64,000 nt of DNA, from NCBI GenBank assembly GCA_016748015.1, contig JAAOMT010000127.1, positions 1 through 64,000 of the forward strand, given 5' to 3'. Positions 25,802 to 39,759 of this stretch are shown in pieces. The first letter of the stretch is position 1. Each line of letters opens with the position of its first letter. Origin of the DNA: Geosiphon pyriformis uo1 (taxonomy: Eukaryota > Fungi > Glomeromycota). The translations under genes and the position numbers were made by a program. The notes beneath the pieces were generated by a model that did not search any database, was not told the origin of the DNA, and saw only the letters and a program-made list of their open reading frames with translations.

Positions 25802-28016
25802 CCACATACACTCTTTTGTCTCTTAACTTTACACAAGAGAGGATCATAAAATATTCGCCAAAGGAGAGGTGAGAAAACTTTTCCTTGGTTCAAACCATTA
25901 TGCACATAATAATCATTTGTTAACCTGAAATTGGTCATAATCCGATTGGTCTGACCACCATGAATACTCCCAAAAAACTGAATAAACTTGCTACACATTT
26001 TGATTCTAACCAGACTATTCCTGAAATAGTTCCAACCAACAGAATCGTAAGCCTTTTGCATGTCCTGCAAAACCAGCCAGAGCTCACGGTTCTTCTCTAT
26101 AGCATCCTCAATTATCGAACCAACTGCAAAAATAAGGGACTGAGTCATAGTGCCCTTTAAAACTGAAAAATTGTTATCACAAAGAACATCATACTTGCTG
26201 CATGTGAATGAAATCTTGTCAAAAAGAATCTTAGATAGAATTTTGTGAGCTGTCTCAATCAGAGCAATAGAATGAGTGTTAGTGAGCATGCCTTCCCATT
26301 CATAAGACTTAGGAATCATTGACACCCAAGCCTCTTTCCAAGCACCGGGAACAGATTCATAAGAAAGACATGAATTGATAAGTACCAAGAGCATATTAAG
26401 AGCTGAACTGTCACAATGCTTCCAGAGTTCGTTGGAAATGCCCGAGAGGCCAGCAGTCTTTTCATCAGACAAATTTGAAACCACACCAAATAATTCAACA
26501 AAATTAACACAGTCCATAACATTAGCAAAGGCACCATTAAAAACATGTTTCAGAGGCTGATACTGATGGGACCAATCCTCAGGCACATCAAGAACTACAC
26601 CTCACTTCCATGTCCAACCCTCTATTATCTCATCTACTTTATTTTTAACAGGATTAGGCTCCAAGTACAACTCCTCACTCACCACCAAATGATCTAAAAT
26701 GACTTTGTGAAAGGGATGTTCTAAAACACTCCTGATAGTATGACCTTTATCAGATTTGAAGTTTTCCATCCTCTTATTGATTGCAGACTTAATACAAGAT
26801 TCTTCAGCATGTTTTGAATCTAATAACTTAGCAGCACAATAAGATTTCCTGATCTTCAAAAGAACAGACCATATATCATTCAAAGGGGAACCAGAGAAAA
26901 ACAAAGATTTCACCAATGAAGCATTAACTGGGTCAAGCCAAATCCAAGTATCCAACAACAAAGTAAACTCATCATGATCGATTAACCAGGAAGCTTTAAC
27001 CAATTTAGACACTAGGAGCTCCAATATATGAAACCTGGATGAAGTTTTGGTAAAGACACCATCATATTCCTTAAATCATTTTTTTTTGAAAACCACATCC
27101 ACCGAAAAGCATAAGATTTTGCGAATAGCATCCCACATAGTATCCAGATCTGAATGCCTTTCAGCTTCCAAAAACTCATCAAAAAACATGGCAGCATTAA
27201 CCACTGTCTCTTCCTTAAACTTAGACCACAAAGCACCACCAGCATTATTATAATTGTATTTCCAATGATTCTTATTGGCCTGTTTATGAATAGAACATAA
27301 ATAAGTGTTCAAGAGACCATCCAAACCAATTGACACAGAAATGGCTTGGTGGTCAGTATCAAAAAACTCGACCACATCCAGAATATTGTGATCCAAAATA
27401 GCATTGACCAAACCAGGAGACACAAAAAAATAATCAATAGTTTTTGTCACACTCTGGAAATTACTCCATGTAGGAATCTTTAAAAGTGGACTACTGACAA
27501 GAGAGTTAACCAGACCCAAGCTACCACACTTTTTGAAACTGGCACTTCTACACAAATCATTTTCATTAAAATTACCATCCAAGATTAAGAAGGAGAATTC
27601 ATTTACAGCTCTAACAATTAATACATTCACATTATTGGTCTAAGAGAAGCATACCAAAGCTAATGCACCAGCATACAAACCCAAGATAGAAACCAAGAGT
27701 TTATTCTTAAAAAGTAACTTGACAGAAATAAGACAACCAAGGACTTCAGAAACTCTACATACATGCTTGGCCAGAGCAATATGCATAATGATAGCCACAT
27801 CTGAACCAAGATAACCCAAATCCATACCAAAAATAAAAACTCTAACACTAGCAAACTTATTAGCAATCCACGGACAAACTTTACTCTTTAACTTTGTTTC
27901 TGTAATAATTGAAACCATATTGTTTATGCTCATATGCCAACGAATAATGTTGGCTTGCTTAGAAGGATTATTCATCTCTCTAATATTGCATGTAGCTATT
28001 TTCTACACAAAACTGC
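25802..28016 (-). pseudogene. L1 ORF2 N-terminal half: APE endonuclease and start of RT
   Basis: ITETKL, GNFNE, IDYF and TDH (APE); AWVSMIPK, QDMQKAYDSV and QGKVFSPLLW (RT). Confidence 0.88.
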
Positions 28017-29870
28017 TCATTGAAAAGAGGATAAAAGAGGTGCAACACCAGTCAAACTCAAACCATCCAAATGAGCTGTGAGACTTATTACTGAAGCAGA
28101 AAGTCCTGCAAGAATGGATTCCAATCTCTTCACCCCAAGGGAGGCAGACAAATCAGGTTTTGGAGCAGTCTTACCATTAGCAATTCCACTTGAACCCTCT
28201 CCCATCACTATATCACTCATATGATCCTGTGATGGGGAAGTCACCAGCAGCTGACATCCAGGGCTAGGCTAGAAAACCACTAGTTCAAGTGAATTCAACC
28301 TCTGAGCCAACTCACCAATTTGTTCTGCGAGACTAATAAGACTGCTCTCAATATTCTTCAAACGGTCTTCCAATTCACCATTAAAAGTTGGGAGAGATTT
28401 ACCACAAGATATGGAACTAAATTGAGCTGAACCATCAAAAGGCACTATTGGGAGTAGTTTACCAACCATGGAGGCCCAAGTTTTTCCACCAAAAGCCAAA
28501 GGATGAGAAACAGAGGCAGATTTTTTTTCATATATCTTTGCCAGATGGAACTGATCCTAAGCTGAGAGAGGAGCTCTCTTGCTCCTAGAACTTGAGGACA
28601 CACTAACAGTACAACAAGCGAGAGAAGTATGACTGGAATTTTTGCAAATCGAACACAGTGCAGTGGTTAAACAAGACCATCAGAGACCAACATCTTTTAT
28701 AACAAGAGTGTTTGCCAATACCTGAATTAGGCTACCCTCAGAATCAAAACACACAATGGCACAGCATGTTCGAACATAAGTGACAGAATTGCGTTTGATA
28801 AAACATGTTTTCCCACTGACTGAACCAATGAAGTTCCAAAGATCATGAGTGTTGGTGCCCATAGGGAGAGTATAAAGCAGAGCCCTAAACTTATCTCTGG
28901 CATCCCACATTTGTTTGTCAACATCAGCCCAGGCCACACACACCACATCTTTCTCAATAAGGATGGACCACTCAGCTGCCAAGAGATCAGTCTGATTTTG
29001 ATCCTCCAATTCGATAATCATCTTTTGCCAAAAACCTACCAACTGCATCTTGATCGACTTAATAGACCCAAATTCAGAAATGGCTGTATACACTGCCTCA
29101 ATGGAAGTTTTCACAGGAATTTCTTTCAACACAATTGCCCAATTCATATGATTGTTGATGGGGTGCTTAAGATTAGTGTTTACCACAACACCATGATCAT
29201 TTGCCAATTGTGCAGCTGTCATCATCACTTTTTTAGAAGTAAAAGATGCCCAGATGATTCCACCAAATTTTGAGGAGGTAGAGACCCCCCCAAAACCATT
29301 CACACCTGAAAAAATTTTTCTGACAAAATTGACTTTTTCCTGAGAGAATTTCCCAGCCACCACTACAAAATCAATATCTAAAGCAAAAGATTTGTAAACA
29401 AACACTTGAATAGATGGCTTGACAGGCAAAGGGGGTGGAAGAAGAAAAAAATCATCTAACACATTATCATTCATATTGACAGTACCATAATCAATCACAC
29501 TTAGAGGCTTTTCTAACACCTTTTTGGTCTTTATATGCAAACTCTTTGGCATCTGATTAGAATTCCCTTCTGTGAAAACATCATTTTCACCATAGTCAAC
29601 ACTGGTTTCTTCAACCAAGCACTCCTTCTCCATGTCAATACTCTCAGACTCAGTAGTGTCACCAGTCTCAAAACCTCATGAACAATCACCAGGAGCTTTA
29701 GCATCAACTCCTCTAATATCAATACCCTCTGCCAACACACTTCCTTTCCTCTTCTTCTTCAATACAACTGTTTTGAAACCACCCTCAGAACCAGAAACTT
29801 TAACAGTCTTCTTTATAACAGCAATAACAGAGCCAACAGTGGTCTCATAATCAAAGAATGGTTTTGATTT
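28017..29870 (-). pseudogene. L1 ORF1 (gag-like; Cys/His knuckle CSICKNSSHTSLAC)
   Basis: Fragments 28680-29633, 28269-28499 and 28017-28244, homologous to L2 ORF1 and upstream of ORF2. Confidence 0.8.
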
Positions 29871-29875
29871 ATTGT

Positions 29876-30886
29876 TGTTACCAGTAGAATTTTAGCTATT
29901 AATTAGCATGAAATTACCTTTATAATTCCAATAATTAATTGGTATATTAATATAATTTCAAATTATCATTTATTATTTAATCAATTATCACATATCACGA
30001 TTCAATTAAAATAATCTAATTAGTATAACAGAAGTAGGATGATCAAATTACACAATACCCTAAACTTTGTAACATTTAAAAATTTGCCGAAATTTACAGA
30101 AATTCACCGAAATTTATAAGAAATTCACCGAAATTTACAGAAATTCACCAAAATTATAAATAGTTTACCCGAATTAATCAATAGTTCAGTGAAATAACTT
30201 GTAGTTCATCAAAATGTATCTTTAATTCGCTGAAATTTGAGCAAAGAGAAAAAGTGCAAGTTCATAGACTAGTACTACAACAAGTTGTATAAAAGAAGAG
30301 CTTTTCTCTTCTGGAAAATGTATCTTACTTTAGATTTATCTCTTAAAACCATTCCTATACACACAAAAAGAAATAAATATCAAATAATTTGAAAAACCAA
30401 ATTCTTTAATTATTGTACTTGGAAAATTCCCAAAACCCAACTAACATTTCGAAATTGATTAGCTACCAATTTCAGTAAACTGTTAGTGACTCCCAGCCTG
30501 GATAGAAAATGTTTCTCTTGACAAAATTCTATTTCTTTTATATTTCTTTTATTTTTCTTTTCTTTTCTTATTACAATTATTAAGGTAGCCTACAGACAAG
30601 ATTCCTGTAGAAGAGTTGACTTTCACAGCAAAGTAGCTACACATTTTTAGTGAGCTTCCAGATGAGCAATTCCTGAGAAAGAGTTGATATTTACTACAAC
30701 GTAACTACATAAAGTAACTGGCAAAAAATTGGTTATTTTACTTATAAGCCCAGCAGTTCAAATTATAGGAGATAATTTGAAGAAAAATTCAGTTATTGAA
30801 GGTTCAACTACTTTCTAAAAACGTGAATTTACAGCAAATCAACATTACCAACATTTAAGAAAAGAGACCAAAAACCTCTGGTAACA
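29876..30886 (+). repeat. 5' LTR of element C (1011 bp)
   Basis: Direct repeat of 38769-39759; 4 copies of a ~20-mer gaaattcaccgaaatttaca. Confidence 0.95.
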
Positions 30887-30900
30887 TTTGGTGTTCTCCC

Positions 30901-33340
30901 ATGGAAATAACACAGCAACAACAAATTCAAAGTGGTGACCACACCAGACACAGCAACTCTAAAGTATTACCAGTCAATTTACACTCACTGCAAGCAAAGA
31001 TTCAACATTCCAGACGGAATTGAAGTTGTCAAGAAATCAGTATACCAATACATTAAAAACCGCATCAACAATTATCTTTTTGGAAACTACAACATCTCAG
31101 AAGTTAGAAGCAATCTCTACAATAATTTAGTGCACTATTTAGAAGACCTGAACAGTGAAACACTTGCTACCTACTTCCAAGAACTTAATTTTAACATTAT
31201 TGAGTATTGTGAAGAAAAATATCCAGTACAGTCTAAATACTTTTTTGATTTTGTATCAGAGACAGAAACAAGCAACAAAGGCAAACAAAGATTGAAACAA
31301 TACTCAAGAACCACTCCAAACACTCCAACACTACAAAAGACACCTGCCAAACACTTGCAAACACTTGAACAAGGAACTAGTATCAAATTACCACTTTCTA
31401 TTACACCCTTTCTAATTTCACTTATTCAACCACAAACACCAAATTCACCACTCAACTGCTTCTCCAGACCAGAAGATTTTCAGTTACTTAGAAACCCTAC
31501 TTAACAGCAGGAACCAATATCAACGAGTGCCAATATTATTGATTACTTACAAGAAAACAAAAGTAATCATTCAGAAAGCTTGGAAAGTAAAGAAACTGAA
31601 TCAGAACCAGAAGAAATTACAGAAAATGAAGAAGAAATGGCAACTGCTTACATTGCAAAAATTCCAGAATTCACTGGTGAAGACAATGATACCAGTCTTC
31701 AAGAATGGCTTGACAAGATTCAAAAAGCAGAAGATGTAAATGGTTGGATTGCAGCAAGAATGCTCAAAGCAATTCCCTACTTTTTCCAAGGAACAGCAGG
31801 AGAATGGTTTGAAAACTTAGAAGAACCATTTGAAAACTGGCAAGCATTCAAAGATGCTTTTCTACAACAATTCACCGACAACAATACCTTTATTACTCTC
31901 AGAAACTGCTTTTGCAATATCAAACAAAAAACATCTGAAACTGTTATGACCTATCTTGGAAGATTTAACAAACTTCTTAGACGAATCTGATAATTGGAAA
32001 CCAATGATTACTATTTTGATGCTCAAATTCTGGATCAGTTTATAGCAGGGTTAAAAGACAAACTGATTAAGAAAGTCCATCCATATGCTCCAACAGACTT
32101 AACAACTGCTATTAGACATGCAAAGAGCTATGAAATGGCAATGAAAAAAGCAAATCACACCAAGCTTGTAAACCTTGCAATTGGAGAAACCAGCTCAGCA
32201 GCTGAAGAGAAGATAGACTAACTCACAAAAAAGGTTGAAAGCTACTTTACAAACCAACAACAACCACAAAGATATCAATCCTCACAACGATGCAACCAAA
32301 ACAATTTTGGATCACCATCCAACAACTAACCTCAAAATTGTCATTATTGTGGAATTCCAGAACACTGGAAACGAAATTGTAGAAAATTACAAAGAGACCA
32401 ACAAAACAGGAGTAATCAATGTTACTTTTCACCACAACAATTCTATTACCAATCTTCACTACCAACCTATTATTCACCAAGACCACAAAATTAAAACAGT
32501 TACTACTTACCAGCTTCACAACCAATGCAGCAACAATATCAGCAACCTTTACCAATTCAGCCATATCAGACACCACCCACTCAACAATATCAAGTACCAG
32601 CAAGAAGATTGGTTCAACATAACCAATTCACACCTCAAAATCAATTGCAGAATAACCACAACAAAATCAATCTAAATAACCAGTTAGTTCCCCGAAATTC
32701 TGGTCAGCAAAGACCCAATCACTATTACACTCAACCCAGTTATCTTACAATATCAGAGGAATCGGATTTTCAACAAACTGTACTTTCTGAAGGTGAAGTT
32801 GCAGTGCCAAGATCAAATCCTTCCAACCACACTATTCCACCAGCTCAAATTGCCCAAAATGCCAATCTGTCAGATATATTTCCATTTGAATTTGAAGCAA
32901 ATGAATCACCATTTCTGCTTAGTAATGCAGCAGTCAATAAACAGAAAGCAATTACTGCTATGTACACAGAAGCTACAGTGGAAGGAAAACCCATTCACTT
33001 AATCTTAGATAGTGGATCGGCTGGAAGTATCATCACTTACCAGCTGATACAACAACTCAAACAAAACGTAGACAGACCAGCTTAAACAGTTATTGTCACA
33101 GCTGATGGTATGAAGAAGACTCCAGTAGGAGAAATTGATGATTTTCCCTTTTTAATTAATGGAATCACCATTCCAGTTAAAGTTCTTGTTATGGATGCAC
33201 CCCAATACCAAGCTCTAATCAAAAATGATTGGCTTCTCAAGGCCAATGCAAACCTGAACTGGGAAACTCAAGAACTTAAAATCTCATACCAAGAACAATA
33301 TACCATAGTACCTGCAATCTGTGGTACCTTTAACAAATGA
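30901..33340 (+). pseudogene. gag: Gag and protease of element C
   Basis: IAKIPEFTGE...; CHYCGIPEHWKRNC knuckle at ~32340; LILDSGSAG (protease). Confidence 0.87.
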
Positions 33341-34289
33341 TCAGAAAAAGCCCCAGTATTTGAATTCAAAGAGGAGAAAGAAATGCCACTTACTGAAACC
33401 TACATGGCTCTTGAATCAACATTCAATTGGACTGAAGAAACAGAACAGGAGATTTTTAAAGAATCAAGAGGATGGAAGAAAGTTAGATATTTTATACCAA
33501 AACCACAGAAACAACCACCCTATATTTCACTCAAATGCAAAGATTGCAACAAAAAACTTTCATCAATGGAAGCATGTATTTTTCCAGAAGAGGAATATGA
33601 AACTTGTACCTGTTACTTTTGCAAAGCATACCATAGAGAACAATTTAGATCTCCAAAAAGAAGTGGAAAATAGGACAACACATCTTGTCTTACATGTGGA
33701 GAAATGCTACCAGAAGAATGCAATTGGATTGATGTAGCAATAAGAGAAGGAGTATGTAATCAAACCTGTCAATATGCTCTATCAATTTCGGAAAAAGTCA
33801 AAAGAGGAACACCATTTGATGCAGCATACAACAGTGCTCTCAATAAACTTTACCACTACCCTCATGATGCTGAAATAATTTTTGACTTAGCAATGGCATT
33901 GATCAATGAAGCTACCAAGAAGATGTCCGCCAAATGAAAAAAGCTAAATACATTGAGTATACCATGGAATTAGCTAGATTTGATTATGAAAATAAAGTAG
34001 AAACCTACCACTAAATTGCAAGCCATATATATCCGACCAAAGAAACTCAAATTCAATGATTAGAGCAAATGAACATTCAATTGTGTGAAAAATGTGTTAT
34101 GCCTTGTGATGACCAATGGTGTTTAAAATGTTATGCTCTTAGCATTTCTCTGCCAGATGAGAATGATGAAAATGAAATCGAATTTGGAGTATCTGAACTA
34201 GTAGAAGAACTACCAACCACCCCCATCTATCTTCTTGAAAAGCAACCATCTCTACAACTTAAATATTTTGACAATTATGGCCAAGGAAT

Positions 34290-34690
34290 CAGACCAGAAA
34301 AAGCACACGAAATTGATGCTGGATATGACCTAAGATACTCAGGAAAAGATACTTTGGTTCTCCAACCAAAGTTCTTAACAAAAATTAATCTCAAAATTGC
34401 TCTTAAAATTCCATTAGGATCAATGGTTCAAATTGCCTCCAGATCATTATTGTCAAGCAAAGGAATCAATATTAGAGGAGGAGTTATAGATGCAGGATAT
34501 ACTGGAGACATTACCATCATGTTACAGAATGAGACAGACAAACCATTCAAAATTGAACATGCTAAAAAAATTGCTCAAGCGATTTACTTACTCTTAATTA
34601 ACATATTGGAATTACAATCAGTAAACAACAGAGAACAATTGGGAAAAAGTGAAAGAGAAACTCAAGATTTTGGTTCAACTGGACGATTTA
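34290..34690 (+). pseudogene. dut: dUTPase domain of element C (within ORF 34069-35271)
   Basis: DAGYDL, SRSLLSSKG, GGVIDAGYTGDI, IAQAI and ERETQDFGSTG. Confidence 0.93.
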
Positions 34691-35199
34691 CAGTTCCAGT
34701 AAACATAGCTCTTAATACACAAAATGAATCTTACCAGATTCTTCAACTTCCCCAGCCAATTACCATTTCACCTTTTGAAAAACATCATGAAATTTACACT
34801 TGCTCAAAATCCACCACTACACAACAAATCTTTGAATCCAATGAACAAATCTGTTTGAAGCATGAAATCTTAATTCCAAACGTTTATATCCCCAAAGGAA
34901 TGAAAAAATTTCAAATTACATTCTACAACCCCAATAATTACCCTATTGTCTTATTAAACAAATTAGAGATTGGAATCATACACAGCAATATTTTTCAAGA
35001 GGAAGACCCTCAAATTGTTTTTAATTTCATCGAAATTGTAAGGCACACTCTACTCCCAAATCCAAATATCATTCCCACTACTGAAAACTACCACTTTTTG
35101 GAAGAAAAACTCTCTCAAATCAACATGAGTTTCTTAAAACCTCAACAACAAAGACAATTGAAACAATTGATAGCTGAATTTGCAGATATATTTGCAAAA

Positions 35200-36531
35200 A
35201 ACAACAATGACTTGGGAAAAACAGACATTGTTCAACATCAGATCCATACAGAAGATGCTTCACCAAAATGACAACAAGCTTATCAAGTGCCACCTGTCAG
35301 CCACCAATTCATCAGAGAAGAGGTCCAAAGAATGCTCAATAATAGACTGATTCAACCATCAAGAAATCCTTGGGCCTCACCAGTAGTTTTAATTAAAAAG
35401 AAAAATAGAAAAATCAGATTCTGTGTTGATTATAGACAACTGAATAGTGTTACAATTGGAGATGTCTACCCTCTTCCAAGAATTGATGACATGCTAGATG
35501 CTCTAGGAAAAGCCAAGTTCTTTTCAACTTTAGACTTAGAAAGTGGATACTGGCAAGTCGAAATGAACCCAAAAGACCGACCCAAAACAGTATTTACCAT
35601 TCAGGGAAGAAACTATAAGTTCAATGTTATGCCTTTTGGACTCTGTAATGCACCAGCAACATTCCAGCAACTCATAGATGTTGTATATGAAGGACTCTTG
35701 TGGCAATCAGTAGTTGTCTATCTTGATAACACTGATGTATACTCACCAAGCTTTGAGACTCATCTCATTTACTTGTGAGAAGTTTTTCAATGATTATGGA
35801 AAGCAGGATTAAAGTTAAACATTGAAAAATGTCACTTTGGAAAAACAAGCTTGATTTTTCTTGGACACATAGTTAGTAAAGATAGAATCAAACCAAACCC
35901 CAGAACAATTAGTGCTGTCAAAAATTTTCAAACTCCCAGAAATACTACAGAACTAAGAGAATTTGTAGGATTAGCCTCTTACTATTGAAAATTCATAAAA
36001 GAATTCTCCGAAATTGCCAAACCACTCAATTATTTTACCAACAAAAACATACCATACAAATAGACTGAAGAACAACAAAAAGCTTTTGAAACTCTCAAAA
36101 CAAAATTGACAACAGCCCTAGTTCTTGCTTACCCAGACTTCAACAAACAATTCCAATTAGCTACTGATGCTTCACACATAGCATTTGGTGCCATTTTATC
36201 ACAATTAGATGAAAATGGCCAGGAACAAGTTATTGCCTATACCAGCAGAACACTCAAGTCAACAGAATTCAAATATGGCTCAACTGAATTGGAAGCTGCT
36301 GTAGTCATCTGGGCTTTCAAACACTTTCAACAATACCTGAAAAATAGAAAAGAATTTGACATAATAACTGACAATATTGGTCTCAAATGGCTTAATAAAA
36401 AGAAAACTAAACAAAGTGCCAAACAGTCTCAATGGAATGACTTCCTAGCAGACTACAGATACATTGTACATTACAAACCAGGAAAATTACACACCAATGT
36501 TGATAGCCTCTCAAGAATGAGACAATATTAA
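35200..36531 (+). pseudogene. pol: RT and RNase H of element C
   Basis: RFCVDYRQLN, YPLPRIDD, MPFGLCNAP, YLDN; TDAS, ELEAA; ends LSRMRQY*. Confidence 0.92.
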
Positions 36532-36598
36532 TACCAACATCAACACCAACAAAACACCAACAAACTTAACAATAGAACAAATAACAAGATCAACAACA

Positions 36599-37985
36599 AT
36601 GGATCCAGAAAACTACAACAACATCAAAAACTATTTGAAGACTCTTACCATGCCAGAAAATTGGTCTCCAAGTGAAAAACATTGATTACAACACCAATCC
36701 AAACAATATTTTATACACTATAACAAAATTTATTACAAAAATTGTAAAAACCCAAACCAACCACTCAGATTAGTACAGGAAAATAAAAAAGAAACAATTT
36801 TATATAACATGCACACAGATCCTTCTTCAGCACATTTGGGGAGAAATGGAACAATTCAAAAAACTCTTGAACATTATTTTTGGCCTCATATACAAAAAAA
36901 ACATTCAACAATATGTAGAATCTTGTAATAGTTGTCAAAGAAGAGGAAGAATCTGTCCCACAGAACCTTTAAATCCAATCAAAATTGAACAATCTTTTAA
37001 CAGAGTTGGAATTGATTTAGTCAGACCATTACCTATCACAACTCAAGGAAATTGTTATATTGCAGTTGCAGTGGATTATCTTACCAAATGGCCTGAAGCT
37101 AGAGCCATCCAAAGAGCAGATGCAAAATCAGTAGCAAATTTCATCTATGAAGACATTATCTGTAAACATAGATGCCCAATTGAATTCTTATCTAATCAAG
37201 GAACACATTTTGTGAACAACTTGATACAAAAAATTTGTGAATGGTTCAATGTCAAAAGACCTCTATTATCACCTTATCACCCTCAAACAAATGGACTTGT
37301 AGAATGTTTCAACAGAACATTGTGTGAATCTCTAGCCAAAGTTTCAACAGACTTTGAGCAGGAATGGGATATCTTTATTCCATCAGTGTTACTAGCATAC
37401 AGAACACTAAAACAAGATACTACAAAACACACACCATTTGATCTTACTTATGGAAAAACAGCAATATTACTAATTAATTTCACAGTGAAAACATATCCAA
37501 TGCAACCAATCAATGAAGAAAACTTTCAAGAAACACTCCAAAGAAGAGCCTACACTCTTCTTAGTACACTGGAAGAAAAAAGAAGAATAGCAGCAACTCA
37601 TATTAAACATTCCTAAGCTCAACAAAAAGAAAGACATGACAACAAATTACCATCTATTACCAACGAATTTAAAGTTGAAAATAAAGTTCTCTTACACAGA
37701 ACTAAGACTGAAAAACAATGGAGTGGGAAATTTGAAAACAAATGGGATGAACCATTTTATATTCACGAAATTCTAGACAATGGATCATACAAGTTAAGAC
37801 TTGATGACAAAATACTAGCAAAAGTTACACATGGAGCTAGATTGAAACACTATTATTCCAGAAACAATTCTGAACCATTAATTCCACAAATTGGTACACA
37901 TTCTCTTTTAATTAATCCTGAAAATATTCTCCAAAATTTAGAACCAATAATTATAATAGAACAACAACCAAACTTGAACACTTAA
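36599..37985 (+). pseudogene. int: Integrase of element C (separate ORF)
   Basis: ATG at 36599 (MDPENY); HTDPSSAH...CNSCQ; VGIDLV; VDYLTKWPEA; YHPQTNGLVE. Confidence 0.92.
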
Positions 37986-38127
37986 ATTTTACAATAATTT
38001 TCTAATAAAAACACAAAGACAAAAATAGTAAATAATTACAAAACACCCAAACCCAAAAACAAATAAAAACCCCATATCCAAAAATAATTTTCTTTATTTT
38101 TTCTTTTCATAATTAGTCAATTTTATC

Positions 38128-38757
38128 ATGATTATTCCCCGAAATATTCAACAAATATCCCAAAAATTAATGTTAGCCTTGAAAACACTTCCTGACTTAT
38201 CTATAACGATTAATGAAAGTCAAATTAATTACATTCAGAAAGAAACCACAGCCCCAGTAGCAAATCATTCACAGAACTATCACCCCTATAGAAGAAAAAC
38301 AAGAAGTCACTCTGAGAATAGATTACCAAGACTTTTGAAGCAAGCACTAGAAGAAAATTTTTTAATTGCCCCTATTGACATTTTACCAAATGCTACAATG
38401 CAACAAAAACTTCTACTACTTTTCAATGAACAGAACAATGAACACACCTCTATTTATAAATACTTTCACATTGGAAAAACACTTTATGAACAAAAACTGG
38501 AACTTAAAGCAACAAACCTCATTTCTGAAGCTATACAAAAACAAATCCACAATGAATTTAAAACAGCAGCTGGACCAACAAACACTCCCTACAAACTTAG
38601 AGCAGCTTTTAGACTCTATGACTTGTTTAATACTTGTGAAAATGTTCTTCACAGAACTGAAATTTCAACAATTTTCAGACCAGATTACTTCAATTATTTT
38701 GGATTACTATCTCAATATTACAGATTGTGCTTGGACTTCAACAGAGCTCAGTCTTGA
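38128..38757 (+). CDS. Extra 209-aa ORF after integrase in element C, function unknown
   Basis: Uninterrupted ATG-to-stop ORF ending DFNRAQS* just before the PPT; positional and motif counterpart of the A and B extra ORFs. Confidence 0.7.
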   Translation: MIIPRNIQQISQKLMLALKTLPDLSITINESQINYIQKETTAPVANHSQNYHPYRRKTRSHSENRLPRLLKQALEENFLIAPIDILPNATMQQKLLLLFNEQNNEHTSIYKYFHIGKTLYEQKLELKATNLISEAIQKQIHNEFKTAAGPTNTPYKLRAAFRLYDLFNTCENVLHRTEISTIFRPDYFNYFGLLSQYYRLCLDFNRAQS

Positions 38758-38768
38758 GGAGAAGATTA

Positions 38769-39759
38769 TGTTACCAGTAGAATTTTAGCTATTAATTAGC
38801 ATGAAATTACCCTTATAATTTCTATAATTAATTGGTATATTAATATCATTTCAAATTATCATTTATTATTTAATCAATTATTACATATCACGATTCAATT
38901 AAAATAATCTAATTAGTATAACAGAAGTAGGATGATCAAATTATACAATACCCTGAACTTTGTAACATTCAAAAATTCGCCGAAATTTATAAAAAATTCG
39001 CCGAAATTTACAGAAATTCGCCGAAATTATGAATAGTTCACCCAAATTAATTAATAGTTCAGCGAAATAACTTGTAGTTCATCAAAATGTATCTTTAGTT
39101 CGCCAAAATTTGAGCAAAGAGAAAAAGTGCAAGTTCATAGACTAGTACTACAACAAGTTATATAAAAGAAGAGCTTTTCTCTTCAGGAAAATGTATCTTA
39201 CTTTAGATTTATTACTTAGAACCATTCCTACACACACAAAAAGAAATAAATATCAAATAATTCGAAAAACCAAATTCTTTAATTATTGCACTTGGAAAAT
39301 CCTCAAAATCCAACTAACATTTTGAAATTGATTAGCTACCAATTTCAGTAAACTGTTAATGACTCCAGGCCTAGATAGAAAACGTTTCTCTTGATAAAAT
39401 CCTATTTCTTTTACATTTTTTTTATTTTTCTTTTCTTTTCTTATTACAATTATTAGGGTAGCCTACAGACAAGATTCCTGTAGAAGAGTTGACTTTTACA
39501 GCAAAGTAACTACACATTTTTAGTGAGCTTCTAGACGAGCAATTCCTGGAAAAGAGTTGATGTTTACTACAACATAACTACATAAAGTAACTGGCAAGGA
39601 ATTGGCCACTCCATTTATAAGCCCAGTAGTTCAAATTATAGGAGATAATTTGAAGACAAATTCAGTTACTGGAGGTCCAACTACTTCTTGAAAACGTGAA
39701 TTTACAGCAAATCAATATTAACAACACTCAAGAAAAGAAACCAAAAACCTCCAATAACA
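38769..39759 (+). repeat. 3' LTR of element C (991 bp)
   Basis: Direct repeat of 29876-30886 with 3 copies of the ~20-mer. Confidence 0.95.

Larger units (their letters stand above)
29876..39759 (+). mobile_element. Full-length dUTPase-bearing Ty3/Gypsy element C (decayed), inserted near the 5' end of L1
   Basis: LTRs 29876-30886 and 38769-39759; perfect TSD ttgt; PBS-like TGGTG at 30889; PPT gaggagaaga. Confidence 0.96.

Noticed and set aside
25558-25872. ORFs within B-type LTRs (also 2948-3136)
   Set aside because: The equivalent frames are not consistently intact between LTR copies, and this one runs out of the LTR into LINE sequence; coding cannot be supported.
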